Positions 55,907 through 64,000 of a stretch of DNA of 64,000 bases are shown one piece after another. The stretch is taken from NCBI GenBank assembly GCA_022797295.1, contig JAAWKH010000004.1, forward strand, positions 3,888-67,887. The letters are read 5' to 3'. Under the pieces are notes generated by a model. The model saw only the letters and a list, made by a program, of their open reading frames with translations. It ran no database searches and was not told where the DNA came from. Position numbers and translations under genes: made by a program. This DNA comes from Peptococcaceae bacterium. Its GTDB lineage: Bacteria > Bacillota > Dehalobacteriia > UBA4068 > UBA4997. Position 1 is the stretch's first letter. Each line of letters opens with the position of its first letter.

Positions 55907-57238
55907 ATGCAAAATACAAAGCAAGAGGCAGCGAAAGCACGGACGGTGAATGTTGGCCTGATTGGTCTGGGCACGGTGGGCGGCGGCACTTTGCAGCTGC
56001 TGGCTCAGAACAGTCAGCTGATTGCCGACCGGGGCTTTGCCTTGCACGTGAAGAAGGTTTGTAATTTGGATGTGCCTTACACCGAGGCCAAAATTGCGGA
56101 GCTGGGCCTGACGGATACCACCGCCACCAGCGATTTTCATGATTTGGTGGACGACCCGGAAATTGATGTGGTTATTGAGTTGATTGGCGGCATTCATCCG
56201 GCCCTGGAGATGGTGCAGGCGGCCTTGCAGGCTGGCAAATCCGTGGTGACGGCCAACAAGGATTTGGTGGCTTCGCACGGGGCGGAGTTGTTTAAGCTGG
56301 CGGAGGAGCAGCGGGCGGATTTTCTGTTTGAGGCCAGCGTGGCCGGTGGTATTCCGATTTTGAAAGCTTTGAAAGATAGCCTGGCCGCTAATAATATTGT
56401 TGAAATTATGGGTATCGTCAACGGAACGACCAATTATATTTTATCCCAAATGTCTAGCACCGGGGCGGACTTTCAGCCCTGCTTGCAGCGGGCGCAGGAG
56501 CTGGGCTATGCTGAGGCCAACCCAACCAATGATATTGAGGGCTTTGACGCGGCTCGCAAAATGGCGATTTTGGCTTCCATTGCTTACAATGCCAATATCA
56601 CTGAGGATATGGTTTATGTGGAGGGCATTACCAAAATCAGCAAGTTTGATATTGATTACGCCGCTCAGCTGGGCTATGTGATTAAGCTGGTGGGTCTGGC
56701 CCGGCCGCAGGGCGATGAGGCGGCGGAGGTTTGCGTTTATCCGTTGATGATTCCGTCCGGCCATCCGCTGGCTGCGGTGAATGATGTTTTTAATGCGGTG
56801 TTTGTGGAGGGCGACGCGCTGGGTCAGTCGATGTTTTACGGCCGGGGCGCAGGCTCCTTGCCGACGGCCAGCGCGGTGGTTGGCGATGTGATTGCCGCCG
56901 CCCGGCACGTTGTGAACGGTACCCGCGGCAGTTATGGTCTGCGTCAGTTTGCTAGCCGTCGCGTGCTGCCGGTGGGCGAATGCTTCAACAAGTTTTATAT
57001 TCGCCTGATGGTGCAGGATAAGCCCAAGGTTTTGGCCCAGATTGCCGAGGCCTTTGCGGATTCGGAAATCAGTTTGGATTCGGTTATCCAAAAGCGGGTG
57101 ATGGACAGCGGCCTGGCGGAAATTGTTTTGATTACGCACCACGTGCGGGAGGCCAACTTGCAGGAGGCGATGGGCCGTTTGCACCGCCTGGCCTGTGTGG
57201 ATTGTGTGGCTAGTATGATTCGCGTTAAAGGAGAGTAG
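55907..57238 (+). CDS. hom: Homoserine dehydrogenase.
   Basis: VNVGLIGLGTVGGG, VVTANKDLVA, FEASVAGGIPI, GIVNGTTNYIL, and a C-terminal ACT domain. Confidence 0.94.
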   Translation: MQNTKQEAAKARTVNVGLIGLGTVGGGTLQLLAQNSQLIADRGFALHVKKVCNLDVPYTEAKIAELGLTDTTATSDFHDLVDDPEIDVVIELIGGIHPALEMVQAALQAGKSVVTANKDLVASHGAELFKLAEEQRADFLFEASVAGGIPILKALKDSLAANNIVEIMGIVNGTTNYILSQMSSTGADFQPCLQRAQELGYAEANPTNDIEGFDAARKMAILASIAYNANITEDMVYVEGITKISKFDIDYAAQLGYVIKLVGLARPQGDEAAEVCVYPLMIPSGHPLAAVNDVFNAVFVEGDALGQSMFYGRGAGSLPTASAVVGDVIAAARHVVNGTRGSYGLRQFASRRVLPVGECFNKFYIRLMVQDKPKVLAQIAEAFADSEISLDSVIQKRVMDSGLAEIVLITHHVREANLQEAMGRLHRLACVDCVASMIRVKGE

Positions 57239-57242
57239 GGCT

Positions 57243-58148
57243 ATGCTGCAAGAGGTAAATGTTAAGGTGCCGGCCACCACGGCTAATATGGGCGCCGGCT
57301 TTGATACCTTTGGCATGGCGCTGGCAATGTATAACACAGTTGGGTTGCGGCGGGTGCAGGGCCGCGGCATTCGTCTGGCCAATGTGGGGGCGCATACCAA
57401 GGGAATGGAGCAGCCCAAGGAAAATTTGACGGTGCGGGCTGCCCGGCGGGTTTTTGAGGCGGCCAATGAGCCGTTTGGTGGTTTGGAATTTAAGATGTAT
57501 AATGTGATACCGGTTTCCCGCGGATTGGGCAGTTCCGCCGCCGCCATTGTGGGCGGTCTGAAAGCGGCCAATATGCTGCTGGGCGAACCTTTGACAGACG
57601 AGGGCTTGCTGGAGCTGGCCGTGGAGCTGGAGGGCCATTCAGACAACGTGGCCCCGGCTTTATACGGCGGCTTTGTGTCATCCTGTCAGCGGGGCGGCAA
57701 AACGGTGGCGTTGCGCTTGCAGCCGCCGGCGGAGCTTAGGGCGGTGGCGGCTATTCCTGATTTTTTCCTTTCCACCAGCCGGGCCCGAAAAATTTTGCCG
57801 CCGGAGGTACGCCGGGAGGATGCCGTTCATAATATTCAATGTGCGGCTTTGATGGTTGGGGCTATGGCCTGCGGTGATTTGCAGCTTTTTGCCACCGCTT
57901 TTGACGACCGCCTACACCAGGAGCAGCGTTATCGGTTGATTAAAGGCGCCAAACGGGTGCTGCGCTCGGCCAGGGCGGCCGGAGCGTTGGCGGCGGGACT
58001 TTCCGGCGCCGGGCCGACGCTGATTGCTTTCACTGACGGTGACGGCGTTGCCATTCGTCAGGCGATGCGTCGGGCTTGGTTCGCTTGCGGCGTGCACCCC
58101 AAGGTGCAGATTTTGGAGCAGGATAACCAGGGCGCTCAAGGTTGCTGA
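57243..58148 (+). CDS. thrB: Homoserine kinase.
   Basis: VKVPATTANMGAGFD, and the GHMP motif PVSRGLGSSAAAIV. Confidence 0.93.
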   Translation: MLQEVNVKVPATTANMGAGFDTFGMALAMYNTVGLRRVQGRGIRLANVGAHTKGMEQPKENLTVRAARRVFEAANEPFGGLEFKMYNVIPVSRGLGSSAAAIVGGLKAANMLLGEPLTDEGLLELAVELEGHSDNVAPALYGGFVSSCQRGGKTVALRLQPPAELRAVAAIPDFFLSTSRARKILPPEVRREDAVHNIQCAALMVGAMACGDLQLFATAFDDRLHQEQRYRLIKGAKRVLRSARAAGALAAGLSGAGPTLIAFTDGDGVAIRQAMRRAWFACGVHPKVQILEQDNQGAQGC

Positions 58149-58174
58149 ACGCATTAAATTAAGGGGGAAAAATA

Positions 58175-59392
58175 ATGGCATTAATTGTGCAAAAGTTTGG
58201 CGGCAGTTCAGTCGCTAATATTGAACGGATTCAAAATGTGGCCCGTCGGGTGGCCCGAACGGTGGACGCCGGCAATCAGGTGGTGGTGGTGCTCTCTGCA
58301 ATGGGTGATACCACTGATGATTTGATTGCGCTGGCCCGGCAGCTGACCGCATATCCTTCAGAAAGGGAGATGGATATGCTGATGTCTACTGGGGAGCAGC
58401 AAAGCGTGGCCCTGCTGGCCATTGCCCTGCAAAGTATGGGCTACAAGGCGGTTTCTCTCACTGGGGAACAGGCTGGTATCCGAACCGACCGGGTTTATAG
58501 CCGGGCAAAAATCCTCTCCATTGATTCGGTGCGGCTGGAGCGGGAGCTGGCTTCGGGCAAGGTGGTTATTGTCACCGGTTTTCAGGGCATTGACTCGCTG
58601 GGGGAAATTCACACCCTGGGGAGGGGCGGCTCGGACACTTCCGGCGTGGCGTTGGCCATTGGTCTGAACGCTGATTTTTGCGAAATATATACCGACGTGG
58701 ACGGGGTTTACACGGCCGACCCGCGGATTGTGCCAAACGCGCACAAGCTGGCGGAAATATCCTTTGATGAAATGCTGGAGATGAGCAGCCTGGGCGCGGG
58801 CGTGTTGCAGCCGCGTAGTGTGGAGGTGGCAAAAACCTTTAATATGCCGATTTGCGTGCGCTCCAGCTTTAATGATAACGAGGGCACTATGGTGAAGGAG
58901 GAAATTGATATGAAGCAGTTGGAACGTGAGGTTTTGGTGAGCGGCGTTGCTTACGACGACGACGTGGTTAAGGTGACGGTTTACGGGGTGCCGGACCGGC
59001 CGGGCATTGCCAGCGTGCTGTTTGGAGCATTGGCGGATGCGAAGATTAATGTGGATATGATTATCCAAAGCGGCCACAAAGACGGCAGGAATGATATTTC
59101 CTTTACCTGTGGCAAGGAAGCTGACGGCAAGCTGGAAGAGATTTTGGAGCCGGTGGTGGCTCAGCTGGAGGCGGAGCATTTTGCCCTGGCGGATGATGTG
59201 GCCAAAGTTTCCATTGTAGGCGCGGGAATGATTACCAATCCCGGCGTGGCTGCCAAGATGTTCAAATGCTTGTATGATAACGGCTTTAATATCGATATGA
59301 TTTCCACCTCGGAGATTAAAGTGTCCTGCATTTTGCAAAAGGAGGGCGCCAAGGATGCGGTGCGGGCTCTGCACGACAGCTTTGGCCTCTGA
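58175..59392 (+). CDS. Aspartate kinase (monofunctional, with two ACT domains).
   Basis: ALIVQKFGGSSVANIERI, VVVLSAMGDTTD, LGRGGSDTSGVALA, YTDVDGVYTADPR. Confidence 0.94.
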   Translation: MALIVQKFGGSSVANIERIQNVARRVARTVDAGNQVVVVLSAMGDTTDDLIALARQLTAYPSEREMDMLMSTGEQQSVALLAIALQSMGYKAVSLTGEQAGIRTDRVYSRAKILSIDSVRLERELASGKVVIVTGFQGIDSLGEIHTLGRGGSDTSGVALAIGLNADFCEIYTDVDGVYTADPRIVPNAHKLAEISFDEMLEMSSLGAGVLQPRSVEVAKTFNMPICVRSSFNDNEGTMVKEEIDMKQLEREVLVSGVAYDDDVVKVTVYGVPDRPGIASVLFGALADAKINVDMIIQSGHKDGRNDISFTCGKEADGKLEEILEPVVAQLEAEHFALADDVAKVSIVGAGMITNPGVAAKMFKCLYDNGFNIDMISTSEIKVSCILQKEGAKDAVRALHDSFGL

Positions 59393-59425
59393 TAATAGGA
59401 AAAAAAAATAGATAGATAAAAATGC

Positions 59426-59465
59426 TGCACCGTTCCTTATTTGAAAAGGGGCGGTGCATTATTAT
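59426..59465 (+). terminator. Terminator-like hairpin after the aspartokinase gene.
   Basis: tgcaccg (59426-59432) pairs with cggtgca (59452-59458), with partial inner pairing, followed by a T-rich tract. Confidence 0.5.
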
Positions 59466-59497
59466 AATGAAAAAAAATTTTTATCACGGATTTTTTA

Positions 59498-59526
59498 TTG
59501 ACATTGCAAAAAAAATCGGCTAAAAT
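59498..59526 (+). promoter_or_regulatory. Sigma-70-like promoter upstream of the O-antigen-ligase-like gene.
   Basis: TTGACA, a 17-nt spacer, then TAAAAT. Confidence 0.55.
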
Positions 59527-59620
59527 ATTCCTGTAATAGTCAAAAGATGTCTTTCTAGTTGATAATTGTTTTAATAATAGCTAGGATTTGTCCTGGTAAC
59601 CAAAAGGATGGCGAGCAGAT

Positions 59621-61015
59621 GTGGGTGGCGGCTTTTGGCGCTTGATTGACCATTATATTGTGCTGTGCCTGTTTTTGGCGCTGTTTATTTTGACGCTGCT
59701 GGGGGTTGGCGATGTGCGGACTGTCAGCCTGCTGGGCTTGCTTTTGTGCGCGGTGGGGCTGGTGCAAGCGCCGGCGGTGGCTGCGGCTGGCGCCAAAATT
59801 GATTGCTGGATTTTGGGTTCGCTTTTGGCTTACAATCTGCTGAGCGCTTTTTCATCTTGGGTCACGTTTGGGAATATTGCAGATGGATATGCAGGTTGTC
59901 AGCTGATTTGGCCGCTGCTTTATCTGTTGCTGGCAGGGCTGAGTGCCGACGAGCAGCTTTGGTTGCGCCGTCTTTGTGCTGGTTTTGCAGGGCTGGTGGC
60001 GTTGGCTGGTATTGCTCAGTTTTGTTATGCTGTGCTGACGACGGGAAACGCCCGTCGTTTGGCTGGTCTTTTGGGCAATCCCAACGCTTTGGGCATTTTT
60101 TTGGTGGTTGGTTGGCTGATTTGGCAGGGCTGCCGGCCGAAGTCAGCCTCCAGCAAGCAGCCAAATTTAGCATTGAATTTGTGGTTTGCCTTGGAAGCTT
60201 TTATGCTGATGGCTTTGGCTTTAACCCTTTCTCTGGGCAGTTTTTTGGCGATGGCTGTGGGCATATTAATTCTGGTTTTGGGACGCAAAGCAGAAAGGGG
60301 CTGTTCTGCGGCGGTTGTTTATTTGGCTCAACTTTTGGCTAAGGCGACTTTTGGCGTTGGCACAGGCCTGTTGTTATACCTGGCGGCAGCCCGAACGGAT
60401 TATTCCTGGCTGTGCCTGCCATTTTTGCTTTATGCTTTGGCGGTGGCGGCTGGCTGGCGGGATTTTGAGCGTTTTTTGTTGGCTAAACCTAAGGCGGCGG
60501 TTGGCCTGGCGGCTTTTGGCGGTTTGGTGGCGGCCGGCCTGGTTTTGGTGCGGCCCAGCAGCTTGGCCACTTTTGCCGAACGTTTGCAAATGATGAGCAA
60601 CGGTTTGAGCTATTGTTGGCAAAATCCGCTTTGGGGCGTGGGGCCTTATCAGTGGCGAGGGCTGAATATGCAGGACGCTGATAAGTTCTTTAACACGTGG
60701 CATATTCATAATGCGTTTATTCACGTGTGGGTGGAGCTGGGCTTGCTGGCTGCTGTGGCGTTGTTTATTTTGGCGGTCAGGATTTGCTTGAAGCATCTGC
60801 GGCAGCCTGCGGCCAGGGCGGAGTTTGGCGCTTTTTTGACCCATAGCATGTTGGACACCAGCTTTTTTTACCTGGGCATTACGGCTCTGGTGCTGCTGAC
60901 GGTTGCTCAGCCCTCGCAAACCTTTGGGCTGCGTTTAAGCTGTTGGGTTTGGCGTTTGCTTTTTGGCCTGCTGGCTTTACTGTTTGCCTGGAATTGCTAT
61001 TGCTTTGTGGGATGA
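59621..61015 (+). CDS. O-antigen ligase / Wzy_C-family polytopic membrane protein.
   Basis: At least 10 hydrophobic segments, and the periplasmic-loop motif NTWHIHNAFIHVWVELGLL. Confidence 0.8.
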   Translation: MGGGFWRLIDHYIVLCLFLALFILTLLGVGDVRTVSLLGLLLCAVGLVQAPAVAAAGAKIDCWILGSLLAYNLLSAFSSWVTFGNIADGYAGCQLIWPLLYLLLAGLSADEQLWLRRLCAGFAGLVALAGIAQFCYAVLTTGNARRLAGLLGNPNALGIFLVVGWLIWQGCRPKSASSKQPNLALNLWFALEAFMLMALALTLSLGSFLAMAVGILILVLGRKAERGCSAAVVYLAQLLAKATFGVGTGLLLYLAAARTDYSWLCLPFLLYALAVAAGWRDFERFLLAKPKAAVGLAAFGGLVAAGLVLVRPSSLATFAERLQMMSNGLSYCWQNPLWGVGPYQWRGLNMQDADKFFNTWHIHNAFIHVWVELGLLAAVALFILAVRICLKHLRQPAARAEFGAFLTHSMLDTSFFYLGITALVLLTVAQPSQTFGLRLSCWVWRLLFGLLALLFAWNCYCFVG

Positions 61016-61018
61016 GGC

Positions 61019-61702
61019 GTGATGATGGTGCGAATTGCTTTAAGAAAAAGTGAATTTGCCGGTGTGCAGCTGCTTTTGGCGGGTTTTGCCGTGGCGACAG
61101 CGCTGGTCTTGCTGCTATGCTGGACGGCCTCCGGGCGACTGCCTGATTATATTGGGCGGGAGCTGGCCGGGGAGGAGTTGGCAGCGGTGCTTGGCCGTAA
61201 CAGCAGCCTGGCGGAATATGCCTGGCTTTCGCCTTGCGCTGATTTTCCGCGGGCGGCTAAAATTGACACTATCACCATTCATCATATGGGGGCGGATTTG
61301 CAGCTGGCCGAGCTGGGCGAGCGTTTTGCTAATCAGGACCGGCGAACTTCGGCCAATTATGGTATAGATAACCAAGGGCGGGTTGGTATATTTGTGGAGG
61401 AGGCCAATCGAGCCTGGACTTCCAGCAATGCGGCCAACGACGCGCGGGCGGTGACTATTGAGGTTGCCAATGATGAGATTGGCGGCGATTGGCAGGTGAG
61501 CGAGGCGGCCTTTGCGGCTTTGGTGGAGCTTTGCGCGGACGTTTGCCGGCGCAATGATATACCAGAGCTGACATATACCGGCAATGCGCAGGGGAATTTA
61601 ACCTGCCACCGGATGTTTGCCAACACCGTTTGCCCGGGGCCTTATCTGGAGGGGCGGCTGGGCGAGCTGGCCGCGGCGGTGAACCAAAGGCTGCGGGAAT
61701 GA
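61019..61702 (+). CDS. N-acetylmuramoyl-L-alanine amidase (Amidase_2/PGRP fold) with an N-terminal membrane anchor.
   Basis: IDTITIHHMG, SANYGIDNQGRVGIFVEEANRAWT, AVTIEVAND, CHRMFANTVCPG. Confidence 0.85.
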   Translation: MMMVRIALRKSEFAGVQLLLAGFAVATALVLLLCWTASGRLPDYIGRELAGEELAAVLGRNSSLAEYAWLSPCADFPRAAKIDTITIHHMGADLQLAELGERFANQDRRTSANYGIDNQGRVGIFVEEANRAWTSSNAANDARAVTIEVANDEIGGDWQVSEAAFAALVELCADVCRRNDIPELTYTGNAQGNLTCHRMFANTVCPGPYLEGRLGELAAAVNQRLRE

Positions 61703-61764
61703 GATAAATTTATAGGTAATATCAGGTTTCGGAACAAATTTTGTTAAAAGGAGTTTTTCGGAAA

Positions 61765-64000
61765 ATGAATATTAACGTGAGAGGGAAAAGGATTTTTAGC
61801 CTGGCGATTTTATTGTTGCTGCTTGTGCTTTCCGCCAGCACGATGATTTTTGCAGATGTTCGCAGCGGCGGCTCCTACAAGCTGATTATTGAAAAGATTA
61901 TTAATGCAAATGAATTTGCTGGTGACGCTGAGGCCTTAAAGGCGGCTCAGGAGCAGGAATATACTTTCCAGGTGAGGGGCAGCGTGTTGTCTGGAAGTGA
62001 GTATAAGCCATTTAATGAAACCGTTAAAGTTAAAGGCGGCGAGCAGTTTGAGTTGTCTATGGATAATGTGTTTTCCGCAAGCGTGGTGGAGATGACGGAC
62101 AACAGCAATGTGGCGGTGCCGGGTTGGCAGATGAGCACCAGCGATTTCCAGAGCACTATGTATGTGAGAGAGCGGGAGACAGTTTTTTCCATCAACAAGC
62201 CAAACGGGCAGATTACGATTAGCAAACCGTCTAATTTAGAGGGCGAACCGCTGCGAACTTACACCTACTGGATTCATCCTGTCAATCAGGAAACAGGCGG
62301 CTGGAGCGAGGTTGTTTATATCCAAAATGGTGAAACAAAAACTGTTACCGGTGTGCCGGTTGGTGAATATAAGATTGAAGAGGTGCGCACCCGCGAGGGC
62401 TTTGATTTAGATATTCAGCATGCGGCGGTGGCAGTGGCGGCAGGCGATGAGGCCAGAATTGATTTTGTTGGTGATTACGGCAAGTTGACGCTGACGCCGC
62501 CGGAGGATGGTTTGCCGCATACATATGAGCTGAGCAGGGGTTCTACTTCTTATATGGAAACCTGGCAACCAAACGAGGGCCCTCATTTGATTAGGAAGCC
62601 GTTAACACAGGGTTCTTATACTGTGCGAGAGGTTATGTATGAGGGGTTTGAGGGGTTTGAGGTAAGTTCGCCACGGACAGCTGATGAAATTACTTATACA
62701 TCTTCAAAGTTTGGCAAAAATCTGATTTTTAATATTCCAGATGGAGTTAATGCCCAAGGTGATGGGATAAAAGTAGGCTTTAGGAATGCTAAGGGATTGG
62801 CGGCTGGTACAAAATATAATGTTAAATTGACGGGATTGTGGAGTGGCGAATCTGCACAAAGGGAGAGAAGCGTTAATTTTAAGGTTTTTGCCAATTCCAA
62901 CATTGCTTATATGAATCCTCCCTATCTTATTTCGGATAGCCTTAAAATTAATATAGCAAAAACAAATGGTTTGACTCAAACAACATTGAGATTGAATTAT
63001 CCGGCAACAGCTATGGTTACTAAGCAAAGTAATGGAAATAGTTTGACTATACAGGCGGGTAATTTAAAACAGTTGATAATCAGTAAGCCAGCAGATGATA
63101 ATCCTTTGGCTGGTAATGTACTTTATCATTATACTGTTACGCGCAATGGGTACAACGAGGAATTTACCTTACGTGCTGGTGAAAGTATCACTTTGGATGG
63201 TTTGACTTGGGGTTACAATTATACAATAAAAGAAACCATAGAACCGCTTGAATCAAAACCATTTACGCTTGAGGTTGAGGATTTGGCCAGCACCTCAACG
63301 ACTGGTTCCAGTTTGTCTGTAAATATTATTAATGAAACTGGCACAATTACTGTTGCTAAGCCAGCCATCAATTCGATTGAGCATCGGGATGGACGCACTT
63401 ACTTTTACACACTGTCTAAGCCGGACGGCAGCGAGCAGGCCTTTGAGCTGAAAGCTGGCGAGAGCCAAAGTTTTGGGCCAAACCTTGCTCCTGGCGTATA
63501 TAATGTGCAGTCGGTTAGGGATAGCAATTTGGGTTTCCAGATTAGCTACAGTGACAGCTGTATGGTGTCTGTGCTGAAAGGCGGCGCGCCCTCAACGGTT
63601 AAGGTGACAAACCATTTTACCAAAGCGCTGGGCGGTTATTATGTGGTGCATGAGTATTATCCGAACAGAGCGTCGGTTGGCGTTACTAATGATATGCAAG
63701 AAAGAAGCCATATCTTTGCAAGGGGCGGCAAGCAGCTGGATGATACGCAATATACGGATAAAGATGTGGAGCTGATACTCAATGGGCCAAGCGGCCAGGA
63801 GTATATTTACTGCGACACGGTTTATGGGACGACCAGCGGTGGACGCAAAACAGAAGAGGTGAAAGCGCCCAGCCTGAATTTGGCAAATGGAATTTACGGC
63901 GTGAATGAGGATGTGTACAATCTGAAGCCGGATGTTCAGCGTATTAATAATAATCCATACATTATTGGCAGCGACGCTAATAATGCTAAACAAAATTCTG
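61765..64000 (+). CDS. Large secreted surface protein with repeated Ig-like (pilin/Cna-B-like) modules. It is 3'-partial and runs off the window.
   Basis: Frame 1 is open from ATG 61765 to position 64000. It is absent from the ORF track because there is no stop in the window. RBS aaaggag. Signal peptide FSLAILLLLLVLSASTMIFA. Repeated pattern G-x-I/L-T-I/V-x-KP...Y-x-Y...GE-S/T...G-x-Y-x-V/I-x-E. Confidence 0.8.
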   Translation, partial: MNINVRGKRIFSLAILLLLLVLSASTMIFADVRSGGSYKLIIEKIINANEFAGDAEALKAAQEQEYTFQVRGSVLSGSEYKPFNETVKVKGGEQFELSMDNVFSASVVEMTDNSNVAVPGWQMSTSDFQSTMYVRERETVFSINKPNGQITISKPSNLEGEPLRTYTYWIHPVNQETGGWSEVVYIQNGETKTVTGVPVGEYKIEEVRTREGFDLDIQHAAVAVAAGDEARIDFVGDYGKLTLTPPEDGLPHTYELSRGSTSYMETWQPNEGPHLIRKPLTQGSYTVREVMYEGFEGFEVSSPRTADEITYTSSKFGKNLIFNIPDGVNAQGDGIKVGFRNAKGLAAGTKYNVKLTGLWSGESAQRERSVNFKVFANSNIAYMNPPYLISDSLKINIAKTNGLTQTTLRLNYPATAMVTKQSNGNSLTIQAGNLKQLIISKPADDNPLAGNVLYHYTVTRNGYNEEFTLRAGESITLDGLTWGYNYTIKETIEPLESKPFTLEVEDLASTSTTGSSLSVNIINETGTITVAKPAINSIEHRDGRTYFYTLSKPDGSEQAFELKAGESQSFGPNLAPGVYNVQSVRDSNLGFQISYSDSCMVSVLKGGAPSTVKVTNHFTKALGGYYVVHEYYPNRASVGVTNDMQERSHIFARGGKQLDDTQYTDKDVELILNGPSGQEYIYCDTVYGTTSGGRKTEEVKAPSLNLANGIYGVNEDVYNLKPDVQRINNNPYIIGSDANNAKQNS

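Noticed and set aside
26921-59374. Many long antisense or alternative-frame ORFs in the GC-rich region (for example 26921-27979, 28971-30230, 33591-34709, 35660-36871, 40845-41864, 56441-57646, 58358-59374).
   Set aside because: These are typical shadow ORFs of high-GC DNA. Each lies opposite or within a gene with unmistakable family motifs, and their translations are Arg/Pro/Gln/His-rich nonsense.
61947-63993. Minus-strand ORFs 61947-62225, 62694-63027 and 63592-63993.
   Set aside because: All lie antisense to a single uninterrupted + strand frame (61765 to the window end) that has an RBS, a signal peptide and a repeated domain architecture.

Overview
The first ~17.4 kb is the right-hand part of a foreign, visibly AT-rich integrative island inserted at the 3' end of tRNA-Ser(CGA). 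The remaining ~46.5 kb is GC-rich core chromosome of Bacillota (Firmicutes) type, judged from HU, an S4/YabO-like protein, MreBCD, a DnaD-like protein, and SLH and Cu-amine-oxidase-N-domain wall proteins. The island starts with a decayed mobilisation remnant: a MobC-like gene with an in-frame stop, plus palindromic repeats. It then carries one tightly packed + strand operon (1134-15297). The operon encodes an unknown 797-aa protein, a BrxP-like PAPS-reductase/Fe-S protein, a BrxC-like ATPase split by a single in-frame TAA, PglZ, a short BrxL-like AAA+ ATPase, a 66-aa Cys-rich protein and a NifS/IscS-type cysteine desulfurase. After the operon come a terminator, G-rich direct repeats, an excisionase, a tyrosine integrase and tRNA-Ser. 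The operon looks like a type-4 BREX core physically fused to Dnd/Ssp-like sulfur-mobilising parts, with no methyltransferase. It is my main candidate for a novel or under-described defence system. The core region encodes a PAP2 phosphatase, wall proteins, metA, an ABC exporter pair, an SLH transglutaminase-like protein, an Fe-ADH, priA, a TerD-domain protein, ilvD-ilvN-ilvB, a thioesterase and argS. It continues with an atypical pyrG, FemAB-alr, hup, a C45 peptidase, trkAH, a DnaD-like protein and an AI-2E transporter. It ends with folC-maf, mreBCD, ACT-hom-thrB-aspartokinase, an O-antigen-ligase-like protein, an amidase and a large 3'-partial surface protein. I saw no rRNA, CRISPR array or transposase. 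All GC statements are by eye, not computed. All family assignments come from motifs read in the translations, not from database searches.
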